From the NCBI GenBank assembly GCA_963674595.2, contig CAXXFV010000023.1, positions 544,001 to 608,000 on the forward strand: a stretch of 64,000 bases of DNA, given 5' to 3'. Below, one piece after another: positions 63,549 to 64,000 of the stretch; position 1 is the first letter of the stretch; every line of letters begins with the position of its first letter. This stretch comes from a bacterium (GTDB taxonomy: Bacteria; Zhuqueibacterota; Zhuqueibacteria; Residuimicrobiales; Krinioviventaceae). The notes beneath the pieces are model-generated. The model was not told the DNA's origin, searched no databases, and saw nothing but the letters and a program-made list of their open reading frames with translations. The position numbers and the translations under genes were made by a program.

Positions 63549-64000
63549 ATGACTTTAAAACAAAGAACTGTTTCCGGGGTGATGTGGACGGGGATAGCCA
63601 AAATGAGTATGCAGATTTCACTGTCTGTTGTAACGCTTATTTTGGCCCGATTATTAACGCCTGATGATTTCGGTATTCTGGGAATGGCGGCCGTTATAAC
63701 GGTTGCTATTGGCCTGGTCAACGAAAGAGGTTTCGGGACCGCCATCATTCAAAAACAGGACATATCGTCCGGTCATTTATCCTCTGTGTTTTGGGGAGGC
63801 GTTTTTTTTTCTTTTATTTTTTACCTGGTTGCCGTCATTGCCGCTTTTCCTTTATCTGTTTATTTTAAAACTCCCGTTGTTATAAAAATAATTTTGGTTC
63901 AGGCCCTTGGCTTTATTTTTGGGGCATTTGGTGTTGTGCACAGATCGCTCCTCACCAAACAAATGGCCTTTAAAAAACTGGCTATAGTTGAAATTATATC
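63549..64000 (+). CDS. wzx: Wzx/PST polysaccharide flippase, 3'-truncated by window (not in ORF track)
   Basis: Read manually: MTLKQRTVSGVMWT...LARLLTPDDFG...GFGTAIIQK..., open to the window end. Confidence 0.88.
   Translation, partial: MTLKQRTVSGVMWTGIAKMSMQISLSVVTLILARLLTPDDFGILGMAAVITVAIGLVNERGFGTAIIQKQDISSGHLSSVFWGGVFFSFIFYLVAVIAAFPLSVYFKTPVVIKIILVQALGFIFGAFGVVHRSLLTKQMAFKKLAIVEII

Overview
AT-rich bacterial chromosomal window with about 53 protein-coding genes. No rRNA, tRNA, CRISPR array, integrase or transposase could be seen. Two secreted proteins carry the C-terminal 'NYPNPFN' sorting/FlgD-Ig domain. Together with the carbohydrate enzymes, a URO-D-family protein and an [FeFe]-hydrogenase-like sensor, this suggests an anaerobic FCB-group organism such as KSB1 or Calditrichota (inference). 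Layout: (1) 1.1-27.4 kb is an almost entirely minus-strand run of transporters, a MarR-methyltransferase-MATE operon and glycan-degrading enzymes (GH43-like, GH2, alginate-lyase-like, sialidase-like, esterase, GH92, Tat-exported (alpha/alpha)6 protein). Several junctions share a homologous hairpin-plus-promoter module, including a ~150-bp direct repeat around the GH43-like gene. (2) Inside this run, at 15.5-18.2 kb, is a compositionally foreign islet: a divergent ECF-like sigma factor, a small helical protein and an IrrE/ImmA metallopeptidase, translationally coupled and divergent from yegP. This is the best candidate for an undescribed system, possibly a DNA-damage-triggered protease/anti-sigma/sigma switch. 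(3) 27.9-49 kb holds two orphan HisKA_2 PAS kinases, methyltransferases, AraC, glpQ, an LVIVD protein and an [FeFe]-hydrogenase-MCP fusion. (4) 49.4-64 kb is a plus-strand surface-glycan cluster (PfkB-HAD fusion, GT2/GT4, B12 radical SAM, epimerase, YdjC deacetylase, GT-C, Wzx) running off the window end. All family calls come from motif recognition, not database searches.
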